DNA from: Lingula anatina | Lineage: Eukaryota > Animalia > Brachiopoda | Reading direction: 5' to 3' | Length of the DNA stretch: 64,000 nt | Assembly: GCA_051362555.1 (NCBI GenBank) | Contig: CM120649.1 | Span: 5,394,001-5,458,000 of the forward strand | Shown: piece by piece, positions 36,378-62,784 of the stretch | How positions within the stretch are numbered: the stretch's first letter is position 1 | Layout of the letters: each line of letters opens with the position of its first letter | The notes under the pieces: model-generated | Told to the model about the DNA's origin: nothing | Database searches by the model: none | The model's input: the letters and a program-made list of their open reading frames with translations, nothing else | Program-made: the position numbers and the translations under genes

Positions 36378-38354
36378 AAGACTTTCAAATGCTCATTGTC
36401 ATACTAGAATATACTACACTTAACAAAGGGGAAATTGAAGAGAGAGAGAGAGGGGGAGAGAGAAAGAAAGAGGAGAGATCTGATTACACACCTATTATTA
36501 TTGATGCTGACTGTGAGGATATTCTGGTTATTTTTCCCTGCCTTGTTCCTCCACTGTCTTTTCCTTTGTTGTGGCTGCTGGATCTGCTGTGCCTGCTGAC
36601 CAACATAACCTCTGTTAAGCTTCCGTCTTCTATTCTGTACAGCCGGCTGTTCCTTCAGTAATATCAGACAGAATTTTACATTGTTAGAAAAAGTAGGAAG
36701 AAATGGTTCTGTGGCCTTATGACCATGATCTGGAGGCTGCTTAAAAACTGTCCAAAAATGATATATCCAAAGAAAAAAAAACATTCACAAAGACTTTAAA
36801 CAGCTTAAAATCCCTGAATCTCTGATTATCAATGAAATTTCCAATTATCACTTACCTGCAGCCCTCTCTTCTGCATCTGGAGATTCTGCCTGGCCTGTTT
36901 CTGCATCTGTTGTGTATTCTTCCTGGTCAATGTCTTCCTTGCTGCCTGCAGAGCTCTCTTAGCAACAGTGTTCACAGGTCGCCTGCCTTTCTGGGTAGTA
37001 GGTTGAGCTCGCTTCTGGGACAAATTCTGCCTTCTGTTACCTTGACCTTTCAGCTGTTTTACCATAAAAGCAATTATTTAGAAATTATTACAAGGTAATA
37101 ATATTGAGTATATAAACCAGTTACTAGCAGCCCTTTTTCATTGCTGTTTTCTTTAAATTGTAAATTTTGAGAGATACTTGTAAATGCACCATAGATAACA
37201 AGTTTGCCTCAGTTTCTGACCTCACATGCCAGGTTCTTAACCAAGTGTTACAAACTCTCAAGGCTATAAATATCCACATCATGGGGTAACAGTGTGCCCT
37301 CTGTGAAGCTTATCATTTGCAAATACAGTAATTTTGTATTGGTTCGAGAACCAGTAGAGTGTTTCTCTTTTTATTTCAGCTGTGCAACATTGCTACCTCT
37401 TTTGCATGTCATTCGTTGGTGAGGCCACAAATAGTCACAAGAGTTTGGAGTTTCTAACAAGTCTCTCACACACTAACACAGGGTGTTATGAGGCCTTACC
37501 TGCAAAGCATGTATGGCCAAACACTGAAGCAAGTATGTAGTGTAAGAATTAAGGCTTTTAAATTTACCTGTGTTTGTCCTGCAAACTTGTTTCCTGCACC
37601 CTTGCTGAACTTTGATCTGAACTGTTTCACCTTTGCCATGGCGGGCACTACTTTCTTTGTCTGTTTGGCTCTCTTTTGAACAGCCAGACTTTTCTTCTCT
37701 TTCCTATTCAGCTTTATAATGTCATCTGAAAGCAAATTAAGCCACAACTAAACTGGTATATGTCATAATTATTTTTTGCAAACCCCCCCTCCCCGTGTCA
37801 AAGCTCGTAATTATTACACCCAAATGAAACTAAACATTTCTATCTTTAATGTCTACAGTAGTGGGTATATGAAAATGTGGGGGGGGGGGGGGGCACGAAC
37901 AGGAGTTTTAGACAAAGATTGTATGGCATCCCCATTGAATTCCAACCATCGCCGTTAGTTTCTCTCACATTTCTCTGCGTTTAAAAAGCGTCAAAACATG
38001 AAATAAAGAGGACGTGAAGCTGCTGTTAAATGAGAGCATCAACAACATTATTTTAAACATAAATCGTAAGAAGGGTGTTCAGTATTTTTGGTGAACATTT
38101 CTAATTTTCTACGAGCATTTTTGGTGAACATTTCTAATTTTCTACGAGCATTTTTGGTGAACATTTCTAATTTTCTACGGAACGATTGTTTACTTTTTGG
38201 CTTAGTTTGAAACCGTCCGATGTCAATGAATTATTTTCAACTTATCACGCATCTATACACAAAAAGATGTATTAACATTTGTCTACACCTCAAAATGTTC
38301 TGAAATATTACCTAGTGACATATCAACTTTGTTAACTTCTGTGAACGCCGACAT
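34601..38354 (-). CDS. FYTTD1: UAP56-interacting factor / forty-two-three domain protein (mRNA export adaptor)
   Basis: Probable exons 38354-38312, 37725-37568, 37053-36856, 36652-36492, 36082-35947, 35265-35203, 34855-34601. N-terminal UBM KVDMSL|DDIIKLNRKE as in human UIF, an LTVSINN motif, TMSDRF and an RG/Q/N-rich tail. Internal exon borders are less certain. Confidence 0.8.
36133..36480. repeat. GA/GGGA purine-rich low-complexity tracts in a FYTTD1 intron
   Basis: (GA)n and (GGGA)n runs with a duplicated spacer ..ca[c/t]actagaata[c/t]act. Confidence 0.85.
38085..38180. repeat. 33-bp tandem repeat x3
   Basis: tttttggtgaacatttctaattttctacgagca repeated in FYTTD1 intron 1. Confidence 0.9.
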
Positions 38355-38424
38355 TTTCCCTGGAAATTGGCAGCTACTAAAATGCTGACAGTGTGTGTCT
38401 CGACGCTGTTCGCTTGTGGCTGGT

Positions 38425-38434
38425 GTCACGTGAC
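38425..38434. promoter_or_regulatory. Palindromic E-box GTCACGTGAC (USF/MiT-TFE/CLEAR type) in the FYTTD1 promoter
   Basis: Perfect 10-bp palindrome about 70 bp upstream of the FYTTD1 ATG, in a CpG-retaining patch. Confidence 0.5.
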
Positions 38435-39596
38435 CGGATACACCTCGGGCCTGTCTTGGCTTGCAAAAGTGTACTGTTTTCCCAACAAGGTGTTACTTTT
38501 GATCACTGCTTTGATTATACCTCTTTTCAATCATATCTTTAACGTGGCTTTCCTAACTGGGTTTTTTTCTGGATCAGTTTTTTCTATAAAAAAATTTGAC
38601 CTTGCTCTCATACAAAACTACAGTGTCGGTCTTTTTGTTGCTGAGCACATCACGTCCATAGCTTTAATCAAATTTTAATTTCATTTAGCCAAAAGCCACT
38701 GGATTAAGCAACGTTTTGTGATTATATAATATATACAATTTTATTTGATTTGTGTCTCTACTAGTAATTTATTACAAGCATTGCCTGGTTTGAAGACAAG
38801 TTATTCTGCATGAATGTTTTTCATGACCATGTAAAGGATTTGACAGTATACCTGCTCCACCCTTATCTGTACTTGATTGCGAGACAAATTTACATTAAAT
38901 TTATTTACATTAAAATATTGTTTGCTTTATTGCAGTATTATTTACAATGATAATAGCTTAGATTTTTATGTATAACTGACAAATTGTAAAAAAAAAATTA
39001 TCAAAGTAATGTTTTTAAGTGATAATTCTAAGCAATACTGTGTATTCCTACAAATGCCATTCTTTTTTTACTGTATTTTATTCCTTAAAAAAACATTTTC
39101 TTTCCTTGAACTTTCACAGAAATATCTCCTACTTCTTAAAATGGCCATGAAAAATGTCTTTGGTTAATCCTCCCTCATGAAAGAGACATGAACATTTTGC
39201 TGTTAAAGGAAATATGTATGCTCCTTCATTTTAAGTCAACACAAACACCAGTAAAAACATGATGAAACTGGCATTTCTGCCATTACTGACTGTGATTTTC
39301 AAATGATTATCTTATGGCATTGCAACAAATGAGGATTCTTATGAAAATACTGCTATTACATGTACTGTTCACTGTCAGCACCACAAATATGTCAAATGCT
39401 ATCAATGAAAATACAGAATATCACTTTTGCATTTCTTCTAACAGCATCCTAATTTCTATGATACCATTAGTACTGAGATACCAGAGTCGTCATTCTGTAT
39501 TGAAATCCCTGTTGCTTCACCTGTACTTATGTAAGCCAGTTATCAGCAACACATGGACAACTAATGGTGAAAAAAAAATTAAGTGAAGTTTATGTC

Positions 39597-40955
39597 TCAA
39601 TGTTGCTGATGGTACTGTTGTTGCTGCTGTTGTTGTTGTTGTTGCTGCTGTTGTTGTTGCTGTTGTATCCATCCACTTCGTAGTGCATGTTGTCTCAGCG
39701 CGAGTTCAGTCTTTACTCTGTCCATATCTGATAATCTAGTCCTCACATGTTCTACTCTGTGCTGAGACATTTGATAGTCCTTATGTGCACCGTAACATGA
39801 GCCTTCGTGTGGCTGACCTGGACAATAAGAAAACCGCAAATAAAGCAAATAAGTAGTCAAATAAAGCAATGAGAAACAATGTGCAATTTAATTGTCTCTA
39901 CTATTTACAAGAACCTTTTATTCTTGAAATCTATAAACCATGTCTTCCTTTATATGTAATTTGAATATGGTGCACTTGAGATAGAAAAGACAGAAAATAA
40001 TCTCATATTAACATCCCTTCCTCCCTATATACCAATCCCTTCTTTTTATCCCCATCCCTACCTGCAATCCTCTCCCTCCCCATCCCCACCCTCACACACA
40101 TCTTCACTGACCTGTAGAGACCTGTGACAGATAATCAATCTGCTTGGACAGTCCGTTCTCCACACCTTGCAGCGTCTTCAGGAAGGCACTAGCGTGACTC
40201 TCCACATTTCGCAGTGTTGTTTTGTCCCTTGATAACTCTTGTACTGCCTGACCTGTTTTTAAAAGAAAAACAACACACTTAATGATTTTTTTTTTAATCA
40301 ATCATTAAGTGACCACATAATTCTAGGGAATTAAGAGTTAAAATCCAAATAATGCCAAACATTAGGCAAATATATTCATTAATTTATTTATCAATATAAT
40401 CATCCTTAAAAGATGAATAATTTTTAAAAAGACAAATAAAAAATAAGGTAAAATACAATTTGCTTTTGTTGAAAATGAAAAGGTTTGGCAACACTTTCAT
40501 CACATGTTTTGAGAAATCCACGAAGTTTTAGTTCAACTTAATATTTTATTTTATTTTATTTTATTTTATTTTATTTTTAGTTTCATGGATTACTTTAGTG
40601 ATCATATTGTTGCTACCTGCAAAATAATTATTGGTGAAAGACAAAAAAGAAAAGGATAAAACAAAATAAGTAAAAAAAAAACTGATACTGACACTGACAA
40701 CAATGACAGCATTGTCATTGTCAAAGGCATTTGTTAATTTTGTAGTAAATTGTACTAGACTAGTACAAGTTGTGTCAACCAGTTGATAAAAAAGAAAGGC
40801 TCACACTTCTGAAGCATCAAATCATGCTATTTGAAAAAATCAAATATTTTAGCAGTTACAAAATATCGGCGTCTCTCACCTGCACTGTTCAATGCAGAAG
40901 CAATATCTTGTTCTATTTGATCAAGTTGTTGAATGCGGTCTCTCACTGCGGCCAT
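39597..40955 (-). CDS. MED11: Mediator complex subunit 11; 3 exons
   Basis: Exons 40955-40880, 40252-40112, 39817-39597. Encodes RIQQLDQIEQDIASAL..LSKQIDYLSQVSTGQPHEGSCY, the MED11 signature, followed by a polyQ tail. Confidence 0.92.
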
Positions 40956-41071
40956 GCTTCTTCTTTTACGGATATGACGTCATAAATGAACCACTGCGCA
41001 TGGTTACTAACCCAATTTTGCTTGTGTCATAACAAGGAACCGGAGTGTACCATCTCAGAAATTTCCAAAAA
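40956..41071. promoter_or_regulatory. Bidirectional promoter shared by MED11 and ACADVL
   Basis: Divergent ATGs 116 bp apart. Palindromic CRE TATGACGTCATA at 40973-40984 and NRF1-like TGCGCATG at 40995-41002. Confidence 0.7.
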
Positions 41072-55279
<14,208 letters not shown>

Positions 55280-57951
55280 ACTCCAAACACGACCAGATGA
55301 AAGAAACATTACAAAATAGCAAACAGAGGATTATGTATCGGATATTTTTAATGAGTCTTATTGGACAGCATTCATTGAACATTCGGGTTAATTTATTATT
55401 GAAATGGCACTTGTATATTATCGCGTTTGTGTGAATTTCGTATTTTGAGAAACCAGGATCTGTTGATGAATGTGTAGCTAATTTGATCATTTTGGGTCAA
55501 TTTTTCATTGAAAAAAAAAAAGAAATACTGAGAAAAAGTCAGAAAGCTGTAGCGGCATAATAAGCATATCGGTTCGGTTGTGCGCGTAGTTAAAATCCTG
55601 GTTTTTGTACAAAGTAGGAAAACCTAGTGTACTAATTGACATTCATAGCACTGTTTGGAGTGTTTTCTTATAGTTTTAACAACAATTTATTTGTCATTAG
55701 CCACAATACGTCGACATTTGAAACTGTATGAATATATTGCATGGAGATTAAACAGAAATGTCGCCTGTTACTAGAAACTTGACCGTTGAATTATCATGGA
55801 TAACACTGTTTATTTTTCCATTCATTAGATTATCATCATCATGGGTATATTAGAAATCATAGCATGGAATAAAAGAAAATAACTATTATCCACATTGATT
55901 TTAGTAGTTTTGTCTTTAAGAAGAGCCTTTATTGTATCTAGTTTTAATATCTGTTGGAATCTTGGCTTTTATCACCGCCATTGGTTGAAAAGGAGCATGT
56001 GACAACAACGGCGCGGACGATTAATTATTAGATATTTTGTTTACACGTCTTGGTCGATTAACCTGTGGCGTAACCAAAAGTGTTGGTAGGTCCTAAAATT
56101 AAACTTCATCAACTAAATCTCATTCTTGTAAAATTGTGCATATCAAGGCCGTGTCGATCGTAGGTTCTGTCTGGGGTCCGTATGACAGAATATACGCCCT
56201 CCATTTAGTTATAATGGTTAGGGTATTCCTGACCGAAGTGGGTCAGCATTTAGGGCGAGACTTACCTATACAAATGAATGGGAAGCGGACTTACTATCAT
56301 GGGTGACTCTGTCACGTTGCCCATGTGTAACAGGAATGGACTTCAGTTAAACTGAGTTTTCCTGTTTACTTTCTGAATAACCCTTCATCAAATTTTATAA
56401 GGTAGTGTTCAATACAATAAGGCAAATCTACAGAACGGCAATCTTGGGGGTTTCCTGGCTATTTCACCCTTCTTTTATTTGTCTGTTTTTCTAATTGTTT
56501 ATCTATTCATGTAGTTAGTATTTATCATCGGGTCATAGACACTCATTTCCCTGTTGTAGATTGCTGAACTTTTTAAGAAGATCGTATAATCATTGGCCTT
56601 TAAAGAGATGACAGATCAAACCGTCAGTCAGTTAATCAGAGCCGATGTTGCCTAGACCGCCATCTAAAAATATCTCCGGTTCCTTTTGTTTTTAAGCAGA
56701 ATGTAAATCTCGAAGCTCAATTACCCGTAGGAATCCGTGACAATGCAGACGGCATTGTTGAGGCTGCCTGCCTGCACGTACACCTTTCTCTTTTTTGCCT
56801 TCTTACAGTGATCTGCAGCAATTTTGGACTATTAATTTAGTTATTTTCACTACGCATTGCCATTAAATAACAGGAAATCAGCGTTGCAAACTCCCAAAGC
56901 CTCTCCCGTTTGGCAGTCTAAATACAAACCGTCTCATCAACAAATTCTTTAAGTGGCGTCCCCAGAGGTCTCTGATGGCGTTGACAAGAAAACAAAGCCA
57001 GGCTAATTGCATCTTGTGTCATTTAAGTTAACCCCTCTGGATGTCCGACTCCTGACGGGAGACGAACCAAATCAGCGTCCGCTAAATTAATTGCCAGTTG
57101 TCAAAGAACCCTGAGTCGCAGAGTTTCAAAGTGTTGTAGTGTTAGGGAAGCCCAACTGGTAATAAAAATCATTCACGAATGGTTGAATCGCCAATCCATC
57201 TGGTTTAGATACAAGGATAATAGCAAAAAAAAAATGAAGTGCATCACAATGGCTTCATTTCTTGAAAGTATTAGATGAATTTAATGAAAAAAGATGGTTT
57301 CAGGAAAGCATACAATAATGGTATCAGTGTTCTGTCTCTGTAGTATTGCATTGCTTTTTTGATAGAAACGAAACTTGATACATCTCAAAGACAGCGCTTT
57401 TCTTTTGGTCCCAAACATTATTACTTTGGCTGATGTCTCTTTTGGCTTTTATTCCTTTTCATTTGTTTTAAGTTAAACTTTGTAATATTATAATTTTACA
57501 TGTAATGATATATGTCAACAACGCTGAGACGTTTGTGTGGTGTGATTTTCAGAGATAGAATATTGCTATCATTATAATTATTAAAGTGGAATTTGTTATA
57601 TTTCCGCCACCACACGTGTCCAAAGTCCCTGGAAACTCACTCCTCTACTATCAGCAGCTACTAGAAACGCCAGAGGCATTCTGAAAGCAGTAGGCGAGTT
57701 TCCAGGAACCCCAGAAATCCAGGGTTATCTTGATTTGAACTATGCATATAATGGGGTTAAAAAGGATAGGAGTTACGTTTTGAATGCCAGTAAACAGATT
57801 GACCTAGACTGGCATATAATATGTTCTATTTTACCAGTCGTGGCATCGTGACATTTAACGGCAGAGGGACAGCGGAAGGAATCGCTCCGTAGGTTCTGTT
57901 AATAAAATTGTTTTCCCATTGCAGAGGTAAGATGCAATGGTGAATGGATTG

Positions 57952-57994
<43 letters not shown>

Positions 57995-59265
57995 AAAGAA
58001 AAAAGAAAACAACAGATATGCAAACAAGGCACTGGAGTTTGAAGACATTTTGGAGACAGTTGTATGGTTTCTTTGATGTCGATGACAGTTCAAGGGGAAA
58101 TAACGTAATGGCCATTCTTAGTCGACATATTAAGTGTAAATTACTGGGAAAATATACAGGACATTTAAGTTGATGATCGTAATAATCAATGATAGATCTA
58201 ATATAGTTTGGACTAATGATATGCCAATTTCATCCCCATTAACAACACTGTTGGAGGCAATGCACATCAATGAACCCAGTTGTCGGAACCAATACGGCAC
58301 TATTGAAGAATAAGACTGGGATTCATTGACAATATACTAACTCTCAATTGGACTCTGTTACCCAAATTCAACTCACATTGTGCTGAAAATGATGATTTAT
58401 TCATGTTTATTCCTTTATTAGTTAGTTCACCTCGGCTTATCCGATGCTAGGTTCATTCACAAGCGCAATCTATAGTTTCCTGGTCAATGAAAGCAATGCA
58501 TTACGAACAAACGGCGGAGTCTGGCTGACGTAAATTGGATAATTACCCGCTATTTGGTATAAAAGAGCGTTTTGGAAGAAGGGGTAATTGATAGATAATA
58601 GATTTATGAAGCAATGTTGTAGTGGATAATAAGTATCGCAAGAAGAGGCGGCTTCCATTACACTATTAAAGTATGCTCAATTGTTGTAGTCACGTATTAA
58701 CGTGTACTGATTACTCTCCAGAGCGGTGTCAAGGACTATACTGATAAGAAACCGCTTAGAAACACTATTCTTCCTGATAATGTCTTTGACCCTTTAATTT
58801 TAAGTGCACTTCTAAAACGTTTACCAAGTAAACTCTTTTATTCAACTTCCGTTTATTATATGTAATTTGTGACAAATGTATGGAAAAGCAAAAACGTCTG
58901 TTTTGGCACAAGGCAACAGATAAAAAACAATTGTCGAATGACTATCTTTAGAATAAAATGAAACGTGCTTCCAAACATCAACACAGGTTATCTTAAAAGA
59001 CTAAAGGAAATATTTAAGACGATGCCATTTCCGTTTACAACCCCTCCAAGAAAGCGCAAGAGGGTACTTGTAAGATATCGATTAGCAGGCACTTTTCGCC
59101 GGCAAAAACAAACGGAAGAAGCCATCAGCTGATCGTCTCACAGAACGTGTCGTAGGTCTCGCGGGGAATACGTTTCGTCATACCAAGTCCTCATATAGGC
59201 CTGCACACGCAGCGCGCGGAGTCTGTTTCATCACGACCACCAGCAAGTGCGTTTGCGTGTTAAAA

Positions 59266-60999
59266 ATGCTGTTCAAGTGTACTGCCACGGGGATCCTTGG
59301 CGCTCTGGTAGTTTTGTCTTTTGCGGTGGATATTGGACAAAGTTTGAATCTCAAACGAGCGTTCAGATGGAAAGACAACGACAAAAGAAGTAAGTGTGGA
59401 GTATTTAAGAGTTATTTTGACTATTTAATAGTGTTTCAGTTAACCTTAAGTACTAGCAAGGTTAATATATAGTACATGCAAATGCCTTTCAAAGACCGAA
59501 AAATTACCCGTTGAGAATTCGAACAATATCTCTGGGGAATTTCATTTACTTTTATGTGAAACCCGTCGTAGACTTACGCTCTTGACAGTAAAAGAAATAA
59601 ATAAAGAGCTGTCAATGAACCAAACTCAGAATACTTTCTTCTTCAAATATACATATATTTTTATATGTATTCGAATTGTTTTTCTGTGTTAATTTGTTTA
59701 TATCTAATGAACTTTATGTAAACTTAACATGATCAAATCACAAAAAAATAGTACAATATAAGAAAGAGAGTGAACTGATTATAAAAGTCACCCAAAGGCA
59801 AACAATTATAAACTGAAAAAGAAGAAAAACGAACAAGAAGGATAAATAGCAATGCCATTTCCAGACTGCAAAAGACAAAAATGCTATTTTGAGAGGTCAT
59901 CCATCATGATGCTATTTAAAGTGCGATTCAGAGAGAGCTCTTGGAATGACAAAAATCAACGTAAGGTCAAAAGATAATCTATAATTTTTTTTATCGTAGG
60001 TTGTGAATCCCGTAAAAATGCATTCTGTTTCATGTTTCAGCTTTACCGTATACAGTACTTGCAGCGGCCCAAATTGAGCGCATGAAACAAAATAACAGAC
60101 AGCAAAATTCCCCAAGGGTTACTTATCTAGCCGATCAGAAACGGGCAGAAAACTCCCAAAAAACGAGTCCAGATGTCTTCGAGGAGTTACAAATAGACAG
60201 AAAATGGCACTAACGCGGTAAGTACCTTACGAAAAATATTACCATCAAAACGAACAAAACTAATTATTTAAACAGGGTTGAATCACGGCGCATGGCGGTG
60301 ACGGCGGTTTAGCTGTCTGCTGTAAGATAAATATTACATTGGTGAATCTCTTTCAATGACACATCAACAGATGTCTGACATAATTTTCTATCTTTGAATT
60401 ATTTATAGTAAAACTTGAGACCCAAAACACTGGTAATGTTGTCAAGGCAATTTATCTCAGACGCACTTCAACTGGTAGTAGAATTGTTGACAAATAGACT
60501 GATTGACGTCATTCGACGACCATATTGCGTAATAATCCTAAGCTAGCCTTTGAATCTATACACCCAGTCTGCATCAGTTACAGGGCGCTGGGGTCAGCTG
60601 AAGTATCATTATAAGATGCGCAGGGCGAGTGGGGTGGGGTTGTTAGGTTTTGATAATGTTGGCCTTTTTATCCCTTCATCTGGCTCGAATTGAGAAATGG
60701 CATTAAACCCTAGATCAAAATTTGATACAATGCGAAACTTCTCCGGTGGAAAGCGTCGTTTTGTCGAAATCTACAACCCACCATGTGCCCGAAACCCAAT
60801 AATGTCGCGCAATTTGTTCGTGTTGAAGCTGGCACTTGTATGGCCACTTCTTGACAAAGACTGGACCTATTTAATCTCAATATTTTATAACTTTTACAGT
60901 TTTTTGATTTGACAATGTAATGTATGTTCTTAACATTTCTACATCTTCCTAGATGCCGATGGTGATGTTTCTCAAGACAAAGATATCGACAATCGATTT
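59266..60999 (+). CDS. Candidate 5' part of a secreted protein or prepropeptide gene (incomplete)
   Basis: AAAAATG start. Exon 59266-59389 encodes MLFKCTATGILGALVVLSFAVDIGQSLNLKRAFRWKDNDKR and ends at GTAAGT. A phase-compatible exon 60953-60999 (NADGDVSQDKDIDNRF) has a good acceptor and a GTAAGA donor. Confidence 0.45.
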
Positions 61000-62784
61000 G
61001 TAAGAGAGGGTTTACTTGTACAGTGGTGTAGTGAACTTCAATACTTTATCCGCAAGGAAGACAGCAACACTTAAACGTGGCTCTTGAAGCAGTCTTTGCG
61101 TGGGAGGCCGAGAACCTGGCCATCTGCATCCTTTGTATCCAACGAGTACTTTAACCACTCGAGTTTCCTCTATAATAAATGTATTGTCACTGCAGATACG
61201 TGTCGCCAAATGGAATTTAACTGGTCGGTTTATATTACCATATACAGCTTTGAAACAGGGCTGAGGCTTTACACTTATATTTGAAGGGAGGCGCTGCTTT
61301 CATTTTCACAGAGAGCTTGAGAACAGAAACTGGTGGCTTGAACATTAAGTGTTGACATGTTGGTCTTTGGATGCAATATGTTGTCACGTGTAGAGGACAT
61401 TTGGCATGCCGCAATACTCCAAGAGCTCCTTCGTGTTATTGGATTACCTTATAGGAGACTAGCTTCGTGTCATGCATTGATTAGATACTCATCGAGACGT
61501 ACTTATTGCATTTGAACGATGTGTTGTCAAAAACATGAAAACAATTAAGGTCTACTTAAGATCATTGTCGTGTTTACTGTACCCCTGTCAAATCGTGAAT
61601 CTGTTCTCTTTTAAAATGTCCACTTTCCTGAGCACGTACCTGTGATTTTGCTCCAAAATGTATATTTTTTACAACAGCCAATTAAACATTGTTCTTACCT
61701 ATATAGTGTTTGCCTTTCTTTAGTCCCCATCACGTTTCATTTTTTCTCCCCAGTTAGAAGATTCAATAAAGCTTGTATGTGATAACCTGACCTGGTTATA
61801 GATAGATTAATCTGGTTAATACAAACTGCTGCATAACTTAAGGTACCTGGCTCTATGCTGCAGCTTTTATTGCTCGGTTGGTGTTTCCTATTTAAAATAT
61901 CATCAAATATTTCATATAAAAATTGACGAATTTCATGACTGCATGACATAGTATAAGACATTAACTATACCGTAAGGCGCATAAAGTGTCTTAAATAAGC
62001 CTGAATGTCTGTTTTTTTATATTTATACTTGTGCATACACTGATACACACAGCCCTCCGATGGAGGAATGGATTAAAATAATGACACGTTTAAATGGTTT
62101 ACACAAAAGTTGTTTCAAGTTTGTACTTCACTTATCTGGGGCTTAATTGCAATCACTGACACCTTAGCCCTGGATTGAAAAACATGTAGCAAACAGGATG
62201 GTGAATGCCACTGAAGGGGCTTGTGAATAATTTGCTTCTTATCTATAGTGTTTCTGTGGTATTTACTGAAGTCATGTAAAAAAAAAAAAAAAACGGGATC
62301 TCATTTTTTTTCTTTCACACCTGCTATAGTGAACTCTAGTGTTTTTAAGCGCCGGAGAAAGACGACGAAGCAAAAATGTTGCTTATGATAGATGTAGACT
62401 GCATGTCAAAATGGTTTAATGAACTATAACAACATAGGCGTGAGTGTCCAACAGCCACGTACCACTCGAAATCATGTAAACAATCAGCAGCTGAAGTGAT
62501 TCCTAAAATGTACAGGTTTTGACGAAAAAATATTGTTACATGAAAATTGTCACGCAATCTAACATGGCGCGGTGGAAATAACACACCAAAGCGCAGGATG
62601 TTCTTCCTCTTGTGTAGCCAAGAGTGAATCAAAGATCACGATTCACATTGTTTGAATTAGTTTCATACCGAAGAAAAATGCATCCTTTGAACGTGTGTTA
62701 TTGATAATATGTCAAGTGTTTTGTCAAAATATCCTAATCTAGCAAAATGCTCGTATAATTTGATGTCAGTTCGTGTTGGATATA

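Noticed and set aside
36106-36423. RE-rich and SL-rich ORFs
   Set aside because: Translations of (GA)n tracts within a FYTTD1 intron.
60927-60952. U12-like branch TTCTTAAC before the 60953 acceptor
   Set aside because: The upstream donors are GTAAGT (U2 type) and a normal pyrimidine tract is present.
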